A DNA stretch of 64,000 bases from Collinsella sp. (GTDB lineage Bacteria > Actinomycetota > Coriobacteriia > Coriobacteriales > Coriobacteriaceae), in NCBI GenBank assembly GCA_029264355.1, contig JARIBW010000014.1, forward strand, positions 26,039 to 90,038. Reading direction: 5' to 3'. Position 1 is the stretch's first letter. The number at the start of each line of letters is the position of its first letter. Below the pieces are notes generated by a model. That model had not been told where the DNA came from. It did no database searches and was given only the letters and a program-made list of their open reading frames with translations. Below are positions 1 through 10,238 of the stretch, piece after piece. A program made the position numbers and the translations under genes.

Positions 1-2282
<2,282 letters not shown>

Positions 2283-2440
2283 ATGGCTTCCTCTTCGTTT
2301 TCCCGGCCCCTATGGGAAAGGGCGCCCTTCGAGACGCCCCTCCACATGAGGGCAATACACTCAGATTCCCTCAACTCTATCCATTTACGGCTGCACGCCG
2401 GGCTGCGTTTTTTCGGAACACCGATAAACCATCGACGGCT

Positions 2441-3115
2441 CTACGCGAATGTCGTGCGGCCGAACGCATCCCTCCATGCATCGGTGAACACATCGACGGC
2501 CGGCTCGGTTGCGGGATGCGCATACAAGTCCCTCACCACCGACGCGGGTGCCGTCACGGCTTGGATGCCCGCAGATATGAGCTGATGCACCTGATAGGCG
2601 TTCTTGAAGCTCGCCGCAATGACCTTTGAATCCAGCCCCGCCTTGTCGAGCATCCCCAAAAGCTCGACGACCTGAGCGACGCCATCGCCATATGCGCACA
2701 TGCGGTTCACATAGGGAGCAAGGTAGTCGGCGCCGTTCATGGCGGCCAGGAAGGCCTGGTCAGCCGAGTAGATCGCCGTGGCCAGGACGTTCATTCCCTC
2801 GCGTTTCGCGCGCTTGATGGCGGCGAGACCGACCTCGGTGACGGGAATCTTCACGTACATGTTCTCCGGACGCACATCTTGGATGCGGCGCGCGTCCTCC
2901 AAACACGCATCGACGCTGGAAAGGTCGACGGCCTGCATGAAGAGCTTCTGCTCGGGTGCGAGCACCGCGCACATTTCTGCGGCAACCTGCTCGGGCGTTT
3001 TCCCGGAAGAGGTTATGATCGTCGGATTCGTCGTCACGCCCTCGATCGTCAGCACCTCGTCCAGGCGCGCGACCTCGCGCGCATCTGCCGTGTCAAGAAA
3101 CAGTTCCATGTTCAT
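2441..3115 (-). CDS. fsa: Fructose-6-phosphate aldolase (FSA-type, transaldolase family)
   Basis: MELFLDTAD, GVTTNPTII and YVKIP (Schiff-base Lys). LFMQ and APYVNR carry the Gln/Tyr pair typical of FSA rather than the Glu/Phe pair of transaldolase. Start at 3115 or 3109 after GAAAGG. Confidence 0.9.
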   Translation of the reverse strand: MNMELFLDTADAREVARLDEVLTIEGVTTNPTIITSSGKTPEQVAAEMCAVLAPEQKLFMQAVDLSSVDACLEDARRIQDVRPENMYVKIPVTEVGLAAIKRAKREGMNVLATAIYSADQAFLAAMNGADYLAPYVNRMCAYGDGVAQVVELLGMLDKAGLDSKVIAASFKNAYQVHQLISAGIQAVTAPASVVRDLYAHPATEPAVDVFTDAWRDAFGRTTFA

Positions 3116-3170
3116 CTGCCTTTCTATCTGTGTGCCCATCCCTTGTGGACGGACGCTGTGCCGCATTACT

Positions 3171-4040
3171 TCAAAGTCCGTGCAGAGTCGTATCGATGCC
3201 CGATTTTCGGAGGCTCTCAACTACCCAACCCACGTCTTCATCCATGAGCCGTCGTGCACCGGACAGATGGTACGTCAGACCCAGATTCTGATACTTCGCC
3301 TCACCTAACTGATGAAACGGCAGTACGTCCGCACGCCTCAAACCAAGTTCGGCCATGCGGTCGATGTTGCCCAAAACCGATTCGCGGGTATCCGTATACC
3401 CCGGGATAATGGGCATTCGGGCGACGACATTGGAGCCGCGCTCAAGAAGGAAGCGCACGTTCGAGTCGCGCAGTTTGGGAGAAACGCCGCACACCTCGCG
3501 ACTCGACAGCTCATCTGAGATTTTGAAATCCACAAGCCACACATCGACCACTTCGGAAAGCGCGTCAAGGTCGCGAACCTCCATCGAAAGTGTCGTCTCC
3601 ACCGCGGTATGCAGGCCCAGTCGCTTCGCCTCCTCAAAGAAGGCCAAAGAGAACTCCTGGTAGCGCGGCGAGAGGGCCTCCCCACCGGATAAGGTCACTC
3701 CGCCACCGCTCTCCTCGAAAAAAACCCGGTCCCGGGCGCAGACCCGAGCCAGCTCGGGAGCCGTGTAGACGGTGCCCACGATTTCCTTCGCACCGGTCGG
3801 GCACCCCGATGCCTGACGCGGGCATGCCTGGCCGGGCTTGCAGGAGCAATGTATGCACAACGCCGGGTGCAGCATCTCTTCTGGCTCGTATGAGATGTCT
3901 TCGGGGTTGCAACACCACGGGCAGTGAAAAGGACAACCCTTTAAGAAGGCGACCGTCCTGATCCCCCCTCCGTCATGCAGCGAATATCGCTGGATGTTGG
4001 CGACGGGCGCACACGGAACCCGCGATTCTCGATCGTTCAT
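3171..4040 (-). CDS. Glycyl-radical enzyme activating protein (radical SAM, PflC-like)
   Basis: NIQRYSLHDGGGIRTVAFLKGCPFHCPWCCNPE (CxxxCxxC), a short Cys-rich insert, GGGVTLSGGE and LPFHQLG. Start MNDRES at 4040, 8 bp after the GRE stop. Confidence 0.93.
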   Translation of the reverse strand: MNDRESRVPCAPVANIQRYSLHDGGGIRTVAFLKGCPFHCPWCCNPEDISYEPEEMLHPALCIHCSCKPGQACPRQASGCPTGAKEIVGTVYTAPELARVCARDRVFFEESGGGVTLSGGEALSPRYQEFSLAFFEEAKRLGLHTAVETTLSMEVRDLDALSEVVDVWLVDFKISDELSSREVCGVSPKLRDSNVRFLLERGSNVVARMPIIPGYTDTRESVLGNIDRMAELGLRRADVLPFHQLGEAKYQNLGLTYHLSGARRLMDEDVGWVVESLRKSGIDTTLHGL

Positions 4041-4048
4041 GGCCGTCC

Positions 4049-6382
4049 CTACAGACCGTGCTCGGTACGATTTATGATGTCGTCCTGCAGCATCTTGGAC
4101 AGCTCGATGAACATGGCCGAATATCCTGCCACACGGACGACCAGGTCGCGATGGCGTTCCGGATGCTCCTGAGCGTCGATGAGCGTCGCCCGATCGACCA
4201 CGTTGAATTGAATGTGCTGTATCCCCAGTCTGGCATAGGAGCGCAGATAGGCCACGAGCTTCGTCAGGCCGTCCTCTCCCGCCAGGGAACTTGGGGAGAA
4301 CTTCACGTTCAATAGGCTGCCGTTGGTGTCCAAAACGTTGTCGAGCTTGCCCACCGACAAAAGGCTGGCCGTCGGACCGTGGGTGTCTCGGCCCACCATC
4401 GGCGACAATCCGCCATCTGCGAGCTGCTCGCCCGATCGACGGCCGTCCGCGGTCGCCCCCACGGACGCCCCCAGCGGGATATGGGCGCTCACGGTATAAC
4501 TGCCCGGCTGGAAGCGGCCGCCGCGGACATTGTCGTAGCGTTCGACGGATCTGGCATAGTATCGCAACATGCGCGCGCCCAACTCGTCGACCTCGTCCGC
4601 GTCGTTTCCATATTTCGGATAGCCGTTGATAAAGCGCTGGCGCCAGGCCTCGTCCCCGATCCCCAGCCAATCGCGCTCGAGCATGGCGGTCAACTCCCGC
4701 CAGCTCAAATCAGCCTCCTCGAAGACCGCGTGTTTGATGACCATGAGAGAATCGGCAAGGTTCGCCGTCCCCACGCCCTGCACCCCAGACGGATTGTACC
4801 GAGCGCCGCCGGAGGTGATATCGAGTCCGACCTCGAGCGCGTCGCGGACGAGGCTGGAGAGAAACGGCGTGGGGCTCGTCTCGCGATGTGCGAGGTCGCA
4901 GGTGTTGCACCCGTTCACCATCTGCTCCACGTAGCGATCGACCGTGTCCTCGGTTGCCCGCAGGAGCCCCTCGAAGTTCTCAAACCCCTCCGGATGCTCC
5001 CCCATAGCGATCTCCAGGCATTTGAGCATGTTGAACATGCAAATGTCATGCAGGCCATACATGCGGCCGGGGATGGAAAGCTCGACGCATCCGACCACGG
5101 CGTAATCTCGGGCGTCGGCAAGCGATACGCCGCGTCGCCTGAACCCCTCGATGATCACCTCGTCGCTGAAGCACTGGGGCATGCCATCGCCCAATCGGAT
5201 AACTTCCGCTGCCTTTCTCAAAAGGGACTCAGGCGAGTGCTCGTGGATGCGCAGACTCAAGTTCGGCTGGGGAAGACGCGTGTCGTGCTGCATATCGAGA
5301 AGCAAGTACGAAAGCTCGTTCGTCGCGTCTTTCCCCTCTGAATCAATGCCGCCCAAAACCATGTTGTAGCCGCTCGGGAACCCGGCGAAGAACTTCGCGC
5401 TCTCGGACGATCGCACGAACACGATGGTGTTGAATTTGAGATAAAAACACTGGAGCAGCTCGCGTATGAACCCGGAATCCTCTCCAGAGTCCACGCTCTC
5501 GCGATAATACGGCAAAAGATACTGGTCGACTCGTCCCAAGCTGATGGAACTCGCATTCGACTCATGCTGCAGGACCACGGAAACGATCCAGACGAGTTGC
5601 AGGGCATCATAGAAATCCCGGGCGGGCTCGGTCGCGATGCGGGCAAGGACATCCGCCATCCGCATCAGCTCGCCCGCTCGCTCCTCGGATACGGAATCGG
5701 GAGCAGAACAATTGGGATCCTGGGGTGATGCGCCCATCGCGAGCGCTCTCACGATGCGCTCGTATCTGCGCACATATTCCACCACGGCATCCGCGCAGAT
5801 CGCCGCCGCCCGATAGAAATCGTTATCCGGGCATTCGGAGAGGAGCACATGACATCGACGCGCATGTTCGCCCAAACCCACTCGCAGCACATATTCGATA
5901 TCGGCAATGATATGACCCTGGCCCTTATCGGTCTGGGCCACCGCGAACACACGGTCATGTTCGGCCTCGAGGACCTCTCGCGCGCAATGGTCGCCGTACC
6001 AATCATTCAGCGAACGACCCGCCCAGAATGGGTACAGCTCGTCCCGAAACACGCGCTTGTCGTCCTCGCCCATCTCAAAGGGGTCCTGTGGACGGGTTTG
6101 GAACTTGTCGAGTTCCTCGAGGATCCAGTAGGGGCTCATCTCTGGAGACACCACGCCGGCGCGAGGGAAAGACGTCCGATTTCCCACGAGCAAGTCAAGG
6201 TCGTCGATCACGATCTCATGATTGAGCAGAACGTGTTTAAACGCCTCCGCCCTCCTCACAACCACAGGCTGACCTTCGGTTTGCGCATAGCTCTCAGTGT
6301 AAAGCAGAGCGCGCTCAAGGGAGATCTGGCGCTTCTCGGCAAAAATACTCTCTTTGATGCACTGGGTACGCGGTGTAAGCAT
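4049..6382 (-). CDS. pflD: Glycyl-radical enzyme, PflD-like (not PFL)
   Basis: 777 aa with single-Cys loop VVGCVELSIPG and C-terminal RVAGYSA. Segments ISLERALLYT, QTDKGQGHII, ESNASSISLGR and GEQLADGGLSPM match E. coli PflD as recalled. Confidence 0.88.
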   Translation of the reverse strand: MLTPRTQCIKESIFAEKRQISLERALLYTESYAQTEGQPVVVRRAEAFKHVLLNHEIVIDDLDLLVGNRTSFPRAGVVSPEMSPYWILEELDKFQTRPQDPFEMGEDDKRVFRDELYPFWAGRSLNDWYGDHCAREVLEAEHDRVFAVAQTDKGQGHIIADIEYVLRVGLGEHARRCHVLLSECPDNDFYRAAAICADAVVEYVRRYERIVRALAMGASPQDPNCSAPDSVSEERAGELMRMADVLARIATEPARDFYDALQLVWIVSVVLQHESNASSISLGRVDQYLLPYYRESVDSGEDSGFIRELLQCFYLKFNTIVFVRSSESAKFFAGFPSGYNMVLGGIDSEGKDATNELSYLLLDMQHDTRLPQPNLSLRIHEHSPESLLRKAAEVIRLGDGMPQCFSDEVIIEGFRRRGVSLADARDYAVVGCVELSIPGRMYGLHDICMFNMLKCLEIAMGEHPEGFENFEGLLRATEDTVDRYVEQMVNGCNTCDLAHRETSPTPFLSSLVRDALEVGLDITSGGARYNPSGVQGVGTANLADSLMVIKHAVFEEADLSWRELTAMLERDWLGIGDEAWRQRFINGYPKYGNDADEVDELGARMLRYYARSVERYDNVRGGRFQPGSYTVSAHIPLGASVGATADGRRSGEQLADGGLSPMVGRDTHGPTASLLSVGKLDNVLDTNGSLLNVKFSPSSLAGEDGLTKLVAYLRSYARLGIQHIQFNVVDRATLIDAQEHPERHRDLVVRVAGYSAMFIELSKMLQDDIINRTEHGL

Positions 6383-6445
6383 TGATCCTCCTATGCCGAT
6401 TGTATCCTTAGTTTCTATTGTTCTCTATTATTTGTCAATTTCTAT

Positions 6446-6465
6446 TTATTGTTTTGGATTGATTT
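6446..6465. promoter_or_regulatory. Candidate DeoR-family operator (tandem 10-bp direct repeats)
   Basis: TTATTGTTTT-GGATTGATTT in the AT-rich pflD/deoR divergent spacer. A near copy lies at 9038-9057. Confidence 0.5.
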
Positions 6466-6577
6466 TTGAGAAATCACTATTTATTGGTCTGTCATCTCCC
6501 GCCTTCGAACGGTAAGAGGACGGACGACGGATCGACGAAGCGTATACTTATCTCGGCAAAATCACTCAAGGAGCATC

Positions 6578-7336
6578 ATGGCGTTGTTTTTACAGGAACG
6601 GCAGAACAAGATTCTCGAGCTCGTAAACCGCGAGGGACGGGTCGCCGTCGCCGATCTGGCGCAGCAGTTCCAGGTTACTGAGGACTGCATCCGAAAGGAC
6701 CTCAAACAGCTGAGCACGCAGGGCATGCTCGAGCGCATCTACGGCGGCGCCCTCAGCCTGCAGAACCTCCCCGAGCGCAACATCGCGAAACGCAAAACCT
6801 CGACCGAGGAGAAGCGGGCAATCGCGGAAAAGGCGTACGAGACCATTGCCGACGGCGACGTCGTATACCTGGATGTCTCGACCACGGTCTTGGCCCTTGC
6901 AGACCTCATCGCGCGAGGCGCAAAACGCTGCACCGTGGTATCGAACTCCCTCGACACGCTTCATATTCTCGCAGCGAACCCCTTGGTCACCTCCGTGGGC
7001 ACGGGCGGGCGTGTCCACGCGCTCCAAAATGCCTTCATAGGTTCGACCACGCTTCAAATGCTCGGCGCCTACACCTTCGATCGCGCCTTTCTCGGGGCCC
7101 TGAGCGTCAATGTCGATGATGGTGGTGTCACGACCTTCGAATCGGACGACGGAATCATCAAGCATCTCGCCATCCAGCACAGCAAACAGTCCTATCTCTT
7201 AGTCGAGAGTAAGAAATTCCGACGCAACGGCACCTTTCGCTTCGCCGATATCGCCGAATTCGATTGCGTGATATCTGAAAGTCCCGACGAGAAGATCGTG
7301 CGCCAGATGGCCGATTTGGGCGTCGACTGCCTGTAA
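6578..7336 (+). CDS. DeoR/GlpR-family transcriptional regulator
   Basis: ERQNKILELV...VTEDCIRKDL HTH and sugar-phosphate sensing domain (YLDVSTT, FDRAFLGA, SKKF). AAGGAG RBS. Confidence 0.92.
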   Translation: MALFLQERQNKILELVNREGRVAVADLAQQFQVTEDCIRKDLKQLSTQGMLERIYGGALSLQNLPERNIAKRKTSTEEKRAIAEKAYETIADGDVVYLDVSTTVLALADLIARGAKRCTVVSNSLDTLHILAANPLVTSVGTGGRVHALQNAFIGSTTLQMLGAYTFDRAFLGALSVNVDDGGVTTFESDDGIIKHLAIQHSKQSYLLVESKKFRRNGTFRFADIAEFDCVISESPDEKIVRQMADLGVDCL

Positions 7337-7363
7337 TGATCAGCTCGAAGACAATCCTCAATG

Positions 7364-7401
7364 GGACGACGGCCGCATCTATGCAGGTGCGACCGTCGTC
7401 C
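7364..7401. terminator. Hairpin between convergent deoR and EIIB
   Basis: GGACGACGGCCGCATCT / AGGTGCGACCGTCGTCC imperfect stem. Confidence 0.55.
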
Positions 7402-7431
7402 AAAGCATTGTGATGCGAAAGCACCGTTCGA

Positions 7432-7740
7432 TCAGCCCAGCTGATCCTTAATCTTGCCCACAATGGAATCTGCGGCCCTGATAATAGTGCCCGCGTCCAT
7501 TTTAACCTTGGGAATCTCCGCGAAGCGATCGGCATTCTTAATCGGCATGTTCGTCGTCAGGATCACCGCCGTCGCGTCTTTGAGATCATCCACGGTGATT
7601 TCGTCTTCGACGCCGATCGATCCCTGAGTTTCTACCTTGCACTCTATACCGGCCTTCTCGCAAGCCCGCTTAATTGCATCCGCCGCCATATAAGTATGGG
7701 CCACGCCAGACGGGCATGCAGTGACACCGAGGATCTTCAT
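7432..7740 (-). CDS. PTS fructose-family EIIB
   Basis: GVTACPSGVAHTYMAA (phosphorylated Cys) and KVETQGSIG. Confidence 0.95.
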   Translation of the reverse strand: MKILGVTACPSGVAHTYMAADAIKRACEKAGIECKVETQGSIGVEDEITVDDLKDATAVILTTNMPIKNADRFAEIPKVKMDAGTIIRAADSIVGKIKDQLG

Positions 7741-7808
7741 TTCCTGTTCCTTTCGATTTATGGGTGATATACCGCCCCGTGGTTCGCCTAGCCGAACGAT
7801 CCAACCCC

Positions 7809-8900
7809 TTAGAGCTCGATCTGAATGTCGATATCCTCATCGACGGTCTCATCAGGCTTCGCATCCCCGCACTTGGGCTTAAAGAGATACACAAGACCGA
7901 GGTACACAGCCATGCCCACGCCAAATGACGCAAGATAACTGACGATCGAGGTGACCGGCAACACGACCATGCCGCCCCAGCCCGCATTGCACCAGACGCC
8001 CAGGGCCCCCGCGACTCCTCCCGCGATGGCGCTGGAAACCACGTTGATTGGGATAAGGTGCGCAGGATCAGATGCGGTGTAGGAAATCGCACCCTCGGTG
8101 ATGCCGCACACCCCCATGATCACGGAGCCGATGCCTGCGTCACGCTCGTCTTGCGTGAAACGATCCTTGAAAAGCATGCTCGCGATGCCAATGCCAATGG
8201 GCGGCAGGCAGATCGCCAAGGCGATGGGGCCGAAGAACGTACAATTATTTCCCGCAAGAACCTCAGTACCGACAACGGCGACACCCGTCGAATATGCAAC
8301 CTTATTGACCGGTCCTCCAAGGTCAAAGGCGATCATGGCCCCGCAAATCGCACCGACGACGGCCGCACCCGCGCCATTCATTCCCGTGAGCCATTCCGTA
8401 ACCGTTTCCAAAAGCCAAGCGCAAGGAGCGCCGACCACGCAGATGATGATCGTACCCACGATGAGGGAAGTGGCGATCGGGATGATCATGATAGACATGA
8501 GGGACTGCATGGATTTGGGCAGTTTGACCTTCTTGAGCTCACGCGCGATGAGTCCGCAGAGAACGCCGGCGACGATGCCGCCGATAAATCCCGAGCCGAC
8601 GTTGACGGCGAGCTGCCCGCAAATCAGGCCGGGAGCGATGCCGGGACGGTCTGCAAACGAGGCGGCGATGTAGGCGGAAAGGACCGGGACCATCAAGCCC
8701 AGACCGACTCCTCCAATCTGGCTGAAGACATCGATCACGATGTTCGACGCCTGTACCGATCCCTCAGTTGTAACCGTACCCATAGACAGCATGGTCGCAA
8801 CGGCATACAGGATGCCGCCCGTAACGACAACGGGGATCATATACGACACACCATTCATGAGGTGCTGCTGCAGCCTCCCCCAAGTTGCTGATTTACCCAT
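7809..8900 (-). CDS. PTS fructose-family EIIC
   Basis: HLMNGVSYMIP, DRPGIAPG, FDLGGPVNK and GITEGAI; multiple TM segments. Confidence 0.94.
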   Translation of the reverse strand: MGKSATWGRLQQHLMNGVSYMIPVVVTGGILYAVATMLSMGTVTTEGSVQASNIVIDVFSQIGGVGLGLMVPVLSAYIAASFADRPGIAPGLICGQLAVNVGSGFIGGIVAGVLCGLIARELKKVKLPKSMQSLMSIMIIPIATSLIVGTIIICVVGAPCAWLLETVTEWLTGMNGAGAAVVGAICGAMIAFDLGGPVNKVAYSTGVAVVGTEVLAGNNCTFFGPIALAICLPPIGIGIASMLFKDRFTQDERDAGIGSVIMGVCGITEGAISYTASDPAHLIPINVVSSAIAGGVAGALGVWCNAGWGGMVVLPVTSIVSYLASFGVGMAVYLGLVYLFKPKCGDAKPDETVDEDIDIQIEL

Positions 8901-9037
8901 CGCGGTCCCTTCTCTTCAATAACGACCAACTTTGTCACGTTTTTTATTGTTTTATCGTGACTTGAAGGGAGTATATAAACTATCTTTTACAGAAATCAAT
9001 TGTTTTCTCGCAATTTTCGGTAGACGTATATTATTTG

Positions 9038-9057
9038 CTATTGTTTTGTATTGAGTT
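9038..9057. promoter_or_regulatory. Second candidate DeoR operator
   Basis: CTATTGTTTT-GTATTGAGTT in the EIIC/EIIA divergent spacer. Additional ATTGTTTT cores lie at 8946 and 8999. Confidence 0.5.
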
Positions 9058-9093
9058 AAGATATCCGCGTTGTATCTGCTCTAAGGAGGAGCC

Positions 9094-9552
9094 ATGGGCG
9101 AATTTATGCAAGCCTCAAACGTCTACATGCATCTAGATTTCCAGACGAAGGAGGAGGCGCTGCGCCATCTCTCCGATAACGCGATCTCGATACCCCTTGC
9201 AGATGATTCAGAAGCGGTCCTGGCGGCATTCCACGCTCGTGAAGAAGAGGGTGCGACCGGCATGGTCGAGGGCTTTGCCATTCCCCATGCGAAATCGGAT
9301 TGCATACATACGGCGGGCGTCTGCATACAGAAATTCGAAAACCCCATTGCGGATTGGGGTAGTTTGGACGGATCTCCCGTTAAAGTCGCCATCGCTCTGC
9401 TGATACCCGACAGCCAGGCAAGCACGACCCATATCAAATTGCTGTCGAAGATCGCCGTCATGTTGATGGATGAGGGATTTCGCGATTTCATCCGCTCGTG
9501 TGAGGATGCCGAACGGATCGCCTCGGAGATCAATGCGAGACTCGCTGCGTAA
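9094..9552 (+). CDS. PTS fructose-family EIIA
   Basis: REEEGATGM...FAIPHAKS (phospho-His) and HIKLLSKIA. AAGGAGG RBS. Confidence 0.92.
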   Translation: MGEFMQASNVYMHLDFQTKEEALRHLSDNAISIPLADDSEAVLAAFHAREEEGATGMVEGFAIPHAKSDCIHTAGVCIQKFENPIADWGSLDGSPVKVAIALLIPDSQASTTHIKLLSKIAVMLMDEGFRDFIRSCEDAERIASEINARLAA

Positions 9553-9591
9553 TCGCGGCCCACGTGCATGGTGCAATCCCCATACATGAAA

Positions 9592-9623
9592 AAGCCCCGT
9601 ATCCCTGAGGGGATACGGGGCTT
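9592..9623 (-). terminator. Intrinsic terminator after rpmE (probably bidirectional)
   Basis: AAGCCCCGTATCCC / GGGATACGGGGCTT 14-bp stem with a T run on the minus strand. Confidence 0.85.
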
Positions 9624-9642
9624 CATCAGTTAGATCGAACGC

Positions 9643-10068
9643 CTACTCGGCAACGACCTCGACCTCGGCCTCAGCGGCAGCCTCCTCGACGGGAGCCTCC
9701 TCGGCCTTCTTGGCGGCCTCAGCGGCAGCCTTCTTCTCATACTCGGCGGCACGCTTGGCCTTCTCGGCGGCCTTGGCCTCGCGCTCGGCGGCCTTCTTGG
9801 CAGCGGCCTCCTCGGCAGCGGCCTGCTTGGCGGCCTTCTTGGCGGCCTCGCGCTCGAGGGCGGCCTGGGCGGCGCCACCGAACTTGTCGGCGAAGCGCTG
9901 GACGCGTCCACCGGTGTCGACGAACTTCTGCTGGCCGGTGTAGAACGGGTGGCACTCGTTGCAGAGCTCGACCTGGATCTCGGACTTGGTGGAATGGGTC
10001 TTGAAGGTGTTGCCGCAGCTGCAGCGCACCGTGCACTCCACATACTCGGGATGGATGCCAGACTTCAT
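9643..10068 (-). CDS. rpmE: 50S ribosomal protein L31 (Zn type) with long C-terminal extension
   Basis: [23 protein letters not shown] and GRVQRF, followed by about 70 aa rich in Ala/Lys/Glu. Confidence 0.97.
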   Translation of the reverse strand: MKSGIHPEYVECTVRCSCGNTFKTHSTKSEIQVELCNECHPFYTGQQKFVDTGGRVQRFADKFGGAAQAALEREAAKKAAKQAAAEEAAAKKAAEREAKAAEKAKRAAEYEKKAAAEAAKKAEEAPVEEAAAEAEVEVVAE

Positions 10069-10091
10069 GGCAGGGCTCCTCTTCTGGTCGC

Positions 10092-10141
10092 GTCCTGGTT
10101 ACCGACCAGGACAAAGGGGTGACTTGGTTTCCGACCAAGTC
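10092..10141 (-). ncRNA. Candidate L31 ribosomal leader (twin hairpins)
   Basis: GACTTGGT-CGGAA-ACCAAGTC and GTCCTGGT-CGGTA-ACCAGGAC directly upstream of the rpmE RBS. Confidence 0.6.
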
Positions 10142-10177
10142 AAAATAGCTAGACAATGCTATCACACCGACAAGAAA

Positions 10178-10210
10178 AGGGGACGGGTGCACAAAAGCAC
10201 CACGTCCCCT
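10178..10210 (-). terminator. Intrinsic terminator after the GH20 gene
   Basis: AGGGGACG-GGTGC / GCACC-A-CGTCCCCT stem, followed by TTTTCTTG on the minus strand. Confidence 0.75.
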
Positions 10211-10238
10211 CTATCGCTCGCTCAGGGCGAGTATCGCA

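Noticed and set aside
4041-4670. Activase frame stays open 630 bp into pflD, suggesting a frameshift fusion
   Set aside because: The activase has its own ATG (4040) with an AGGGA RBS, no slippery site is evident, and the upstream extension has no recognisable content.
4049-6382. Annotation as pyruvate formate-lyase
   Set aside because: It has a single catalytic Cys (GCVE) rather than the PFL Cys-Cys pair, and the context is PTS/aldolase.
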